Shown piece after piece: positions 1 through 39,765 of a stretch of DNA of 64,000 bases. Both the position numbers and the translations under genes were made by a program. Location: assembly GCF_009914755.1 (NCBI RefSeq), contig NC_060943.1; one strand, 5' to 3'. Under the pieces are notes generated by a model, which saw only the letters and a list, made by a program, of their open reading frames with translations, was not told the DNA's origin and searched no databases. Numbering within the stretch: position 1 is the first letter of the stretch; every line of letters starts with the position of its first letter. This DNA is from the human T2T-CHM13v2.0 reference genome, Homo sapiens.

Positions 1-29
1 TGAGCCACGACACTTGGTTGATTTTTGTA

Positions 30-66
<37 letters not shown>

Positions 67-188
67 ATAGTTTTTTTTTTTTTTGTAACTGTCTCTGTTG
101 GCCAGGCTGGAGTACAGTGGTACAATCTCGGTTCACTGCAACCTCTGCCTCCCGGGTTCATGCAATTCTCATGTCTCAGCTTTCCTGA

Positions 189-830
<642 letters not shown>

Positions 831-869
831 AATTATGGACTTTTGTTTCAGGTTTTTTTGTTGGAATAA

Positions 870-1382
<513 letters not shown>

Positions 1383-1804
1383 TAGGTCTGAACTAACATC
1401 TTTGCTGAACTAAAGGATGCCATGAGGGTTATTTCTGACAACCTTGGAGGATCTGGGTCTTTGTTGCGTTAGAGGCGTGAGCAGCAACAGCAGCAGCAGA
1501 GGTATTTAAGGGTCCTGGAGAGTGTGGACCTCAAGACACCATCTAATAGCAGCTTCCCAGTCCCCACTCTTTTTGTTCTTTCTGTTTTTCAGATGACTAC
1601 TTTTTCAGGAATGACTACTTGATGGGCCCACAACTTGCACAGAAGAAAAAAAATCTCCCCACCAGCCTGCACCCTAGATGAAGGCCAATACCCAGCATTA
1701 GTCACAGCTTCATTCTAAAATACACAGCCACAGCTAGGCCGGGTGCAGTGGCTCACACCTATAATCCCAGAATTCTGGGAGGCCGAGGCGGATGGATCAC
1801 TTCA

Positions 1805-2056
<252 letters not shown>

Positions 2057-2196
2057 CTAGGTCCCAGCCAAAACATATGACCCAGGACTGTGTAAGAGGG
2101 GCTGCAATCAGCTGGGTGCAGTGGCTCACACCTGTAATCCCAGCACTTTGGGAGGCCAAGGCAGGTGGATCACCTGAGGTTGGGAGTTCGAGATCA

Positions 2197-2473
<277 letters not shown>

Positions 2474-2799
2474 TTACCTCAGCTGAATCCGGAACTGAGG
2501 CTGGCTAGGCCTCAGCAATGCAACACAGGGCAGCAAGCAGCAGCTCAAAGTACACACTGGCTGCTGGGCAGCAGAGCAGGTTAGCAACCTGGACGAGAGA
2601 ACAGACCTGTGGCGTGGTGACCAGCATCCAGACATCTTGTTCATGGTGACAACTGCCAGTGTCACCTGAAAACGTGGTTCTGATGTTGACACGCAGAACA
2701 TGTGGTTCTATGTGGCAGAAACATAGTGAGTGAGTATAAAAAGGCTTATTACATAATTGAGGTCTCAGGGCAGGACTCACAAGCAGCTGTGAAATGGCT

Positions 2800-3500
2800 T
2801 GACAGCAAGGAAGATTGCATTAATTCCTACTGTGAATGGTGATGCAGGAATCCTGAAATAAACACCAGCAAACCATAGGAAGCAACATATTAAAAGCATT
2901 ACATAACATAGCCAAGTGAGATTTATTCTTGGAACATAAAAATGGTTGAAAATATGAACACTGATCATTGTCATATACCACATTAGCAAAATGATGGAAA
3001 ATGACAATTATCTCAATTGATGCCATATATGAAAAACCCACATCATTTTGATGGTGAAAAACTGGATCAGGAAAAAAAGGATGTATGCACTAACAGGTTG
3101 TTGTTGTTGCTGTTGTTTTTTGAGACGGAGTTCTCACTCTGTTGTCCAGGCTGGAGTGCAGTGTCACCATCTCAGTTCACTGCAGCCTCCACCTCCCAGA
3201 GGTTCAGGTGATTCTCCTGTCCCAGCCTCCCAAGTAGCTGGGACTACAGGCAGATGCCACCGCACCCAGCTAATTTTTGTATTTTTAGTAGAGACGGGGT
3301 TTCACCATGTTGGTCAGGCTGGTCTCAAACTCCTGGACTCAAGTGGTCTGCCCGCTTGGCCGCCCAAAGTGCTGAGATTACAGGCGTGAGCTACTGCGCC
3401 CGGCCCTAACTAGTTTTACTCTATGTGTTAAGGGAGATGCTGTCAGGGAAATCAGGCAAGAAAATGAAGTGAAAGCAATCTAGATTAAAAAATATACACA
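2800..3500 (+). mobile_element. Old L1 ORF2 fragments interrupted by an Alu (about 3098-3405)
   Basis: Decayed similarity to the L1 ORF2 RT region (ILAN..QQHIK..DQV.FI). Confidence 0.6.
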
Positions 3501-3849
3501 CACAGCCCCCACAGCCTCCCAGACCAACAAGAGATCATAACCATTTTCACTGTACACACAGGTGGACACACCCAGAGACAGACACATAAACTCACAAACT
3601 CACAGATAAAAATGGCCCAGAGATACCAACAGATGCTTGCAGAGACACACAGACCCCAGGCCTGCCCCCTCTACTCCAGGTTTCTCTCCTTCCTGAGGAA
3701 TAACCACTATGATCTACTGTATATTTTTGCTTATTCTCATGTTCTCTTCTAGAATGTCAGGTTGGAGGAGACAGGGATATTAGTGTAGATTTGTTCATTA
3801 CACCAACTAGAGAACCTGTTATATCAAGGAGATTAATACTTATTGAATC

Positions 3850-4310
<461 letters not shown>

Positions 4311-5408
4311 TTACACAAACCTCGCCATAAGCTCACATACACTTAATCTTCAAAGACTGAATTGTTCTCACCCACATCCCATGTGGCAGAGAGGTGCTTC
4401 CGGCCCCCAAGCCTCTCACAAAAAGTGGCTCCTTAGCCCATGCTGATGGGGAAGACATTTTACAATACTTGAGCATATAGACTCTAAGAAGTGCTTTTCT
4501 GTAAAAGTAGAAAATGGGAGTTCAAGGATGCAAAAGGGCTGGAAATGGATTGATGCTGCTGCTCCAGCCCTTCAACTGTTATAAATTGTAGATGATTCCA
4601 GAAACATCCCTCATGACTTGACCGTGTGTCAGTTTGCTTTTCCACTGAGAGCACAATGAGGGCAGCAAAGGCGTGGATCTCATGGCTCAGCTGCATGCCC
4701 TCCTCTGAGCTCTTCCTGGTAGCTCTCACCTTCACTAAGGGCTCATCTGCCAGCAGACCTCGCCCCAGATGGCCTCACGGGACCCCACCATGCTCAAGCC
4801 TTGCAAGGCTGCCCCCTGACCCACATCTGCTGTTGGGGTAGGATGGAGGCCTACAAAACTCAGACTAAACATCTTGAATTGACAGAAATATCACTTCTGG
4901 TATCCAGGGAGAGACAGGAAGTTGTTGTGAGGTTGGATGGTGAGCTGGCTTCCCTCATTCCTGCCACATCCCTGGCAGGACACTCTGACTTGCTATCCAG
5001 GTAACAGTGGGCACTGCCTCCACCAAAGGAAGGGCCTGACACCTACCATGGCTGCACAGCTCAGCAAAGGAGGAACTCTTCGGTGCTGTCAGGACAGTTT
5101 CTTGGGAGTTCAGTACACCTTGCATTCTGGGAGTGACATGAAGCGAGTCGGCTCCATGGCCGGTGCCGCCTCTCTGATATAGCGGCTTCCCGTATACCAC
5201 AAGGCTGGAGTTCTGCAGGGTGGGTTCTGTTCCACGAAGCACTAAGTGCTGGCCTTGGAGGCAAGGCTACGAAACCAGCCCGGCAGCAGCACACGTGACA
5301 CGCACTGAGGAGAAACCTTGTCATTGTCAGTGCCTAAGCCAGGTGGAATGTGCCAGAAAATCTGGGGTGGGCAAATTAGGGAAGGTAAGAAGTTGATCGT
5401 GTCCTGCA

Positions 5409-5450
5409 GTCTATGGCCATACTACCCTGAACGTGCCTGATCTCGTCTGA
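5409..5450 (+). pseudogene. 5S rRNA 5' fragment (42 nt)
   Basis: GTCTATGGCCATACTACCCTGAACGTGCCTGATCTCGTCTGA versus the human 5S start GTCTACGGCCATACCACCCTGAACGCGCCCGATCTCGTCTGA (4 C>T changes). Confidence 0.85.
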
Positions 5451-6748
5451 CTGTGTTCTGTAGCTGGGACATGGTAGGGCATGTCTCTATGATGCCACAG
5501 TTGGTTTTGAGACTTCTGTGGTGGTTGGTGCAGAGCTGGTGGTTATGGGACAGTGGATCTTGTATGGTCAAGGGGCATGACACACATTCTGCCACAGCTT
5601 CTTCAGCCCTCACTTTAGAGCTACCTGGGTTGTCACAGAAAAATGGTCTAGTGTGAACTTTTATTTATTTATTTATTTTTTTTCTCTTTTTCTTTTTTTT
5701 TTGAGACAGGGTCTGTCTCTGTCACCCAGGCTGGAGTGCAGAGGTGTGATCTTGGCTCACTGCAGCCTCCGCCTCCTGGGTTCAAGTGATTCTTCTGCCT
5801 CAGCCTCATGAGTAGCTGGGATAACAGGCACGTGCCATCACACCTCGCTAGTTTTTTGTATTTTTAGCAGAGATGGAGTTTCACCGCATTAGCCAGGATG
5901 GTCTCAATCTCCCGACCTCATGAGCTGCCCACCTCGACCTCCCAAAGTGCTGGGATTACAGGTATGAGCCACCGTGCCCGGCCTTAGTGTGAACTTTTAA
6001 ATGCATTTACCAACAAGAATCCACAGTGTGGGTTTGGATGGGAAACGGAGCTGGACATGACCTCCAGACGGCCTTGGAATAACATGATGTTGACAGCCAT
6101 GAATTAGGGTGTCCACAGGCAGATCCCACTGGAGAACTGTGGGATGTACCTTTGTTTTCAGAACCACAGCATCCCCAAAGATCTGACCCAAGGACACTGA
6201 TGAAAAGTTCAAAGGCAGATTGTGGGAGCCCTCTCAATTCTGTGCAGTCACGTACGTAAGCTAAGGGCTGGGAGTGTTTCTTAACTTCAGACGGGGTTCC
6301 AAGAAAGGCCTGTTGGGACCCAAGTCCTTTCTCCTCAGTCCTTCAATTTGTCCTAAGGCAGTGGAAAGGGTTGCATATGTACTTGAAGACATTTCCATAT
6401 TGCTTACATTCAAGAAGCTGCTCTTAAATGTGTGCATGGTTTCATGGTCTCAAAATGAACTAGGATGCACAAGAAACTCAGAAATGACAGAAAAGTTAAA
6501 TGAATATGAAACTGAAGAGTTTAGATTCCACGGATATTTAAAAACCAGTCAACTTGAAATGGATATTCAGATTAAAAAGATAAAACATAAGACTGATAAT
6601 CTTATAGCAGAACTGGAAGGTGCATCTTCAAAATGTCTGTATCTGGCTGAAAACAATCAAGTTCTTCAACAGGAATTATTATCTATGAAAACGATACAAC
6701 AGAAATGTAAAGAATTTGAGAAGAATAAAAAGGTGTTGGAACAAGAAG

Positions 6749-7467
6749 TGAGAGGAGTTAGCTAGCTTGCCTCAGGTAAACAGCAAGGGAAGGGTTTTTG
6801 GAGAGCCCCCGACCCACTGGTTAGTGCCTTATTCCCACATATAACAAGGTCTCTGATTGGATTAAAAAATAATAATAATTAGCACAGGGAGTCATGCCTA
6901 GAGATATGCCCACAGCTGCACAGATAGAACTTTTAGCCCACTCAGATAAGGAAACTTGCACAAACCTTTAGCCCACTTAAATAAAGGAACAAGGCCCAAC
7001 ATAGAAATGCCTTAGTCCTTTGTATAATTAGTGGGCTTCCAGGAAATAGCCTCTACTCCTTTTATGGGCATATACCTGGTGGGCTCTGGTGGGTTCTGGT
7101 GGGCACTTCCTTTTTTTAAACATTCTTTAGCCTCTATGAATCATCACTTCAGCCTCTGATTGGTCCCAGGCCAAGGTCCTGGGCCAGGCTGAATCATGCT
7201 TTGCCAAGACAGCCTTCAGACTAGTCAGCACATTTCTTCCCCTTTCCAGTCTATAAAAATCCCAGACCCAGCCTCATAGTGGGCAACCCATTTGGGCTCC
7301 ACTCTCTGCTGCACAGAGCTTTCTTTTTTTGCTTATTAAACTTTTGCTCCAATCTCACCCTTGTGTCTGCATTCCTTAATCTTCTTGGAAGTAAGACAAA
7401 TAACTCCACATAGTACCTCAGAAAACAAAAAACTGCTACACTGTGGTGCATTGGCAAGCCTGTAACA
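6749..7467 (+). mobile_element. Solo ERV1 LTR (MER50-like)
   Basis: TG...CA termini, 4-bp TSD GAAG (6745-6748 and 7468-7471), TATA-like CTATAAAAA about 7251, ATTAAA about 7335. Removing it restores CAA GAA GTA GTA AAT CTA (QEVVNL). Confidence 0.8.
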
Positions 7468-8010
7468 GAAGTAGTAAATCTAAAAAGTCATATGGAAATG
7501 AACGTGCTATAGAATATGTAGAGAAGTTTAAATGAGAGATTGAAGAAAGAGCAAGACAAGAAAGAGAAAAATTAGAAGTCCATCTACAGAACGAATGAGA
7601 TACCAGCAGCAGTGTGCACCAAGCTTCTACAGACAAAGTGCGTCAAATGTTTACTCTCCATTTTTACTACAAGGCCAGTCCAAGAGTTACCTTGTGTTGA
7701 AAATCTTAATAGTGTAGGTCTCAACAGAGGACATATTATGAGAGAAAACTTAAGGATCCCTACCTCATACCCAGAGACCTCAAATAGCAGCATGAACTAC
7801 TCAACCAAGACTCAGCCAGATTGGATAGAAAAAAATAACTACAGAAGTAAAAAATGCTGTTGCTGAATTGGAAATTAGCTCTCATATGGTTTCTTCTGTA
7901 GAATCCACTGAAGAATGAGTCACATCTAAATCAATATGTCCTTTGGAAAGCATAATGAGAATATGTTCCAGTTTTAAAGAAAAATGTTATAATTTATAAG
8001 ATTGTAAAAT

Positions 8011-8016
8011 TTTATT
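8011..8016 (-). terminator. Probable ZNF14 polyadenylation signal (AATAAA on minus strand; second copy at 8069-8074)
   Basis: TTTATT at 8011-8016 and 8069-8074, about 0.8 kb downstream of the ZNF14 stop, inside the ANKRD26-like retrocopy. Confidence 0.6.
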
Positions 8017-8119
8017 ACTGGGCTGTTTACATGATACTTTCTTTCTTATTAAATATAACCTGACAATCTTTATTAAATGAAAATATTTTTGTATCATCAA
8101 CAACAACAAAAGAACTAGG

Positions 8120-8876
8120 ATGAAGAATTTCCCACATTCTTAATATTTATAGGGTTTCTCTCCAGTATACATTCTCATGTGTGCTCAAAAGGCTGTGTGA
8201 AGGCTTTCCCAAATGTCTTACATTTATAGACTTTCACCCCACTCTGACTCCTTTCATATATTCACACTCTAGAGGACAGTTGGAAGATTTTCCCACTTTT
8301 ATTTTTTCTTGAGACAGTGTCTCATTCTGTCGCACAGGCTGGAATGCAGTGGCGTGATCTCAGCTCACTGCAACCTCTGTCTCCAGGTTCAAGTGATTCT
8401 CCTGCCTTAGCCTCCTGAGTAGCTGGGATTAGAGGCATGCACTACCATGCCTGGTTCATTTTTTGGTAATTTTTAGTAGAGATGGGGTTACACCATGTTG
8501 ACCACGCTGGTCTCGAATTTCTGACCTCAAATGATCTGCCTGCCTTGCACCTTGGCCTCCCAAAGTGCTGGGACTATAGGCATGAGCCAACAAGCTTGGC
8601 CTTTTTTAAAAAAACAAAAAACAAAAAACAAAACAGATTTCACTGCAGCACGAGTCCTGTCTTTGAAATGAATTAGGTCAACTGAAGGCTTAATCACAAT
8701 GTTTACATTCATACTGTTTCTCACCAGTGGGAATTCTTTCGTGCTCAAAAGAAACTGGAACAATTAAGGGCTTTAGAACAATGTTTGTATTCACACAGCT
8801 TCTGTCCAGTATGAACTCTTTTGTGTATTCAGAAGGAGCTGGAACAACCGAAGGCTTCAGAATGTTGCTTATATTC
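8120..8876 (-). other. Decayed C2H2 finger repeats in the ZNF14 3'UTR (with an Alu at about 8297-8601)
   Basis: Finger-like peptides with stops and frameshifts continue after the stop codon (e.g. HERIPTGEKQYECKHC; TGEKPYKY*ECGKF at about 8127-8165). Confidence 0.8.
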
Positions 8877-30483
<21,607 letters not shown>

Positions 30484-30829
30484 TTCCCAGCGTCCGGGAA
30501 GTCACGGTGTCCTCCCTACGGATCTGTCAGTACCTGCAGGTCACGGCGCGACAAAGGATGCGCTAGAGCCACCTTCGGCCTTCAGGAGCAGGTGAAACGC
30601 AATCTTCCCATGGGCCAGGAATGGCGACGTCCGCACTGCGCAGGCCCAGCGTGGCGCCGCTCACATCTTTTCAGCTGAGGTCCTGATTGGACAGATCCAA
30701 TGGCCCCGCCTCTTTATCACTGAGTGACAGCGGAGCAGGAAGGGGCGTGGTTGAGCTGGCCTGGCTTCAGTCCGGCTTGTCCCCGCCAGGACGTTTGCGT
30801 TTAAACCGAATGTGTTCTTTGCCTCCCAT

Positions 30830-34970
<4,141 letters not shown>

Positions 34971-35789
34971 AAATGATGGCTTTCTTATTCTTTCATTTCT
35001 TCAACGTGGATAAAGAACTAAAACAAAACAAAACCAACAAAGAGGGGAGAAGGGAAGGAAAGCATGTTAATTTGCTGCTCAAATGCCCCCCGATGTGGTG
35101 GTCATGTCAAGCTGACTTAATGTTTTTTTGATTTGTCACTGGTTTCCTTTGAGCACTTCCCTACTTTCTGGCCTAACATAAGATGATGAACATGAGATGT
35201 TCCAAGCTTATCTTGTATTTTCTCTGCTCCAGCCCTGGAACTAGCCATTTTTCTTAGAAGCAGGGGTGGAGAGCACCCTCCCCCCACGCACCTTCACTAG
35301 GCCCCAGTGGGAAGAACTGCTGCCCATCTGCTCAGGTGTGGTGAAACTAGCAAAGAGTCTCCTGGCTGCCTGTGGAGAGTCTCTGTATGTGGTCCTCAGC
35401 CCAGCCTGGGGGCTCCTGGGCTGGCTACCATGCTGCCTCTACTGTGTCTCTAGATCCAGGCTCTGCTGGAAGAGCCCTGGAAGGCCCAGCAGAAGGGGGA
35501 GCCTGTCCTGACAAACATCCCTCTGTTCCTCTGGCTCCAAGGCTCAGGAATAGGGCCAGATGACATGTCCAGGTGGTGCCAGGACCCCTCACTGTCCCCT
35601 TGGAGATGGGCCCAGAGAGCCTTGTGGGGGCACCTGGAGCCTGAGGCTGACCGTCCCTCCCTGTGTCCTGGATGAGGAGCCCTGTCCTGAGAAGACCCCC
35701 AGGGGCTGGCCTGCGGGCGCAGCCACAGGAAGGGGAGGGTCTGTGGGCTGAGTTTGGGCGGGGGGCATTAGTAGAGGACTTTGGGCACT

Positions 35790-36320
35790 ACGTGTCAGTG
35801 GTCTGATCAGCGGGGGCCTTGTCATTAGGAACCTGGTCAGGGGATGGGTGTGGTGGCTCATGCCTGTAATCCCAGCACTTTGGGAGGCCTAAGCGGGAGG
35901 ATCGCTTGAGCTCAGGAGTTCTATACCACCCTGGGCAACACAGTGAAACCCCCTCTCTACTAAAAATACAAAAAGTAGCTGGGGGTGGTGGTGTGCACCT
36001 ATAGTCCCAGCTACTCAGGAGGTGGAGGTGGGAGAATTGCTTGAGCCCAGGAGATCAACTCTGCAGTGAGCCAAGATTGTGCCACTGCACTCCAGCCTGG
36101 GCGACAGAGTGAGCCCTGCCTCAAAAAAAAAAAAAAAAAAAAAAAGTAAAGTCCAAAAACAAACAAACAAAAAAATAGGAACCTGGTCTGGGAGGATTGG
36201 TTAACAGGGACTTGGTCATCCAAGGCCTGGTCAGTGGGGGCCTTGTCATTGGGGAACTGGTCAGTGGTACCTGGTCAGCAGGGACTGGGTCAGTGGGAAC
36301 TGGTCAGCTGGCTGCTGGGT
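35790..36320 (-). repeat. Short inverted copy of the CCCACTGACCAGG-type satellite, split by an Alu (about 35845-36175)
   Basis: Repeated CTGGTCAGTGGGG / GGAACTGGTCAG units, the reverse complement of the 50.6-54.0 kb units; Alu TSD TAGGAACCTGGTC. Confidence 0.7.
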
Positions 36321-36488
36321 GACCTCAGGTAAACAGTTTGTCCCTGATGCCTCCTTGCCTCCATCCCTGAGTCACAGACCCCCAGAGGTCTACTGGGAGG
36401 AGGAGGTGAGAAGGTGAGTTGAATCCAGGCCTGCCCCTTAGACCTAGCACTTTACATACTACCTGAGTCCCCCAAGGGAGGGGCCAGC

Positions 36489-36581
36489 TCTCTGCCCTCT
36501 GCCTTCAGCCCTCTGCCCTCAGCCCTCTGCCCTCAGCTCTCTGCCCTCAGCTCTCTGCCCTCTGCCTTCAGCCCTCTGCCC
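36489..36581 (+). repeat. Heptamer tandem repeat (CTCTGCC/CTCAGCC)n
   Basis: Directly visible tandem units. Confidence 0.85.
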
Positions 36582-38920
36582 CTACTCTGTCTGCATCCCC
36601 AGGACAGACCCATATGGAGAGGGCAGAGACTGAGGAGCACCCATGGATGCTCTGATGCTGACCATGGGCCCTAGGGTGACAGTGATGAGGACGTGGGTGT
36701 GCACGTGAGTGTGACACACACACTCACACAGATGTTCACCCACACGGGATGCTCACATGCACAGACACATCACACATACTCAGGTTGACAGTGCAGGGGG
36801 TGGAGGACGCTGACTCTCGGCCCTTTGTGGGTGCTGTGACCCCAAAATATCACCATGCCAAATGCCCACCTGCCTGCCTCTGTGTCACGGAGCAGTCAGA
36901 GGCACGCCAGTGTCTGTGAGTGCTGGGCACGTAGGGCTCTTTTCTAGGCAAGAGGCACATCTCCGAACAGCTGCCAGATCAGACTCAAGAGCATGACCTG
37001 CTCTCTTCCTTCCCTGCTGACTTGGGGACAGTCACTGCCTGGTGGGTGATGCTGGTCTCTGGGCAGCTGCCAAAGAGGGTCATTCCTGGGCACTCACCAG
37101 TGCTTGTTCTGTGCTGACCATGTACACGGTTGTCTTGTTCATCCTCGTGGTGACTCCAGGGGGTGGGTGCTGTCCCCAAGTATACCCATTCGACAGGTGA
37201 GACATCTGAGGTTATAAGGGCGGTCACTGGTCCAGGAACCCAGACGTGACCCTGGGCCATGCTCTCACCCCTGCCCTGTGCTGTGTGGGACTCACTCCCT
37301 TACGCGGTGCCCCTTATGCCCTCGATCCCAAATCTTTCCAAAATTTTTGACAGCAATAGGACAGAGCCTGGCCTTGGAAGAGCCCCTGTGGGTGGGGTGG
37401 AGGGTGGTCTTCCATCCAGGTCTGTGTCCTAAGGTGGGTCCCTGCAAGAGAAGATCTCATCAACCCAGACTTTGGGTGCAGTCAGTGGGGGTCGCTGTGG
37501 GACCCACTGGACATATGGGATCTCTTGTCTGGGAGTGGGGTGGGGAGCCCTCTGTCCTTGGGCAGTTGTGGAAAATGATGGCGCCCCGGAGGGTTGGTTG
37601 GAGGGTGATGATCGTTCCTCCTCTTCACCGGGAACTGGGGCTCTTCCGCACAAGGCCCTTTCTCTGTTCCTTTACGGGCCTCGCCCTTTCTTTGTTCCGA
37701 ATGTTCATGGGAAGGGACCCTCTGGAGTTCTCCAGGACCAAGTCATCAGAGTTCTCATTCTTTCTCAGTGACCCCGGAACACGAGGGTCCTTCCTGTATT
37801 GACAGCTCAGAACTTGGGATCCACTGTCCCTTCACCTGAGACATCTTCATGAGCAGAGAGGCTGCATTGACCCCAAACCAAGCACCCTCCCGTTTGGCTG
37901 ATGTTATTCTTGAAGCGGCTTCACTGGCCAGAGGGAGTGGAGATGGGGGTGAAACGGAGCAGTCACGAGGTGTCTTGTTCCCTGTAAGAAACTGGGCATC
38001 TTCATGGTCCCTGCGTGATCCCAGGAGGCTGAGCATATGGAGCTCTCTGATCCCTGACCCCAGTCTACCTGCAGGTGTCTGAAATAGCGCACCACAGGCC
38101 CCTCACCCTCAGCAGATGGACACCGTTCCTCCCTTATGTGCCTGATTTAGGGCATTTGGGGACAATGGGCCTCTGTGTCCAGGTCCCCCTGTTCTCAAAT
38201 CCTCAGGAAGAAGCCCACCTCTGGCTGGGGCAGGGACTCCAGAGACCCCAGCAGGCATGGGGACCCTAGATCTGGCCCCTTTTCACCCGGAGCGGTGGTG
38301 GCATGGGGTTCACCTGGCCGGCGGCGTCTCAGAGTTGGGTGGAAGCGGTTTGGGTGTTCTCTGAAGCACCCAGGTGCAGTGTGGCCTTTGGACAATGTTG
38401 TCTCGCAGGATGGACATGGAAAAGGATTACAGCTGCCCTGCCCGCGCAGGAGCGGGACATCATTGACAAGTGTGAGCAGGTCCGGGTCGGGCTGTTCCCT
38501 CGAGGGAGGCGAGGCCACCCATCTCCAGCTGTATCCTGGTCGGAGTGTCCTGGGCTCCCTCCGGATGCAGGGCCAGGACCAGCTGCTGGGAACTTCATGC
38601 CCCCACACCCCTCACCTCGGCCCCCTCACCCTGAATCCCCTCTGGGTCACAGGGATGCTGAGCAGAGGCACCTGCAGACGTGGGGCCTGAGGATATTGAC
38701 AGCTACAAAGTCACCGATCACCTCGGGATTCGGCAGTGAGTCCTCTGTTCCCACCCTCACCACCCAGGGATGGGTTTTTTTTTTTTTTAGAAAGGCCTCA
38801 CTGAGGCAGGACACATCTCCCCAGCTCGTGCCAATCTCCTTTCTAGCGTAGAAACTCCTCCCCTGTCAAAGTCCTTTAAATGCTCAAACTGCCTGCTTTG
38901 GATTCTTATTGAACTTATAC

Positions 38921-38997
38921 TCCACCCTGTGGTACAGGGGCTAATATGCTGGGCCTTTACCACTTCAGCCCAGGTTCGATTCCTGGTCAGGGAACCA
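38921..38997 (+). pseudogene. tRNA-Glu-derived sequence within an ERV1 (MER4-group) internal fragment
   Basis: 3' half GCCCAGGTTCGATTCCTGGTCAGGGAACCA matches tRNA-Glu including CCA; the 5' half is degenerate. Confidence 0.7.
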
Positions 38998-39040
38998 GTG
39001 CCACTTGTCTTAATTTGCATGACTCTTTACCCTTTGAGAG

Positions 39041-39765
<725 letters not shown>

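Larger units (their letters stand above)
6468..8111 (+). pseudogene. 5'-truncated processed pseudogene of the ANKRD26/CCDC144 family (C-terminal coiled coil), split by an LTR
   Basis: KLNEYETEEFRFHGYLKTSQLEMDIQIKKIKHK...KKVLEQEV|VNLKSHM...EIEERARQE...TTRPVQELPCVENLN resembles the ANKRD26 C-terminus. Intronless, ATTAAA at 8072, decayed A-tail about 8099-8111, TSD GAACTAGGATG at 6457-6467 and 8112-8122. Confidence 0.88.

Noticed and set aside
37280-38050. Coding-looking purine-rich minus-strand stretch upstream of the TBC pseudogene
   Set aside because: No recognisable homology or consistent frame; open frames are expected at this GC content.
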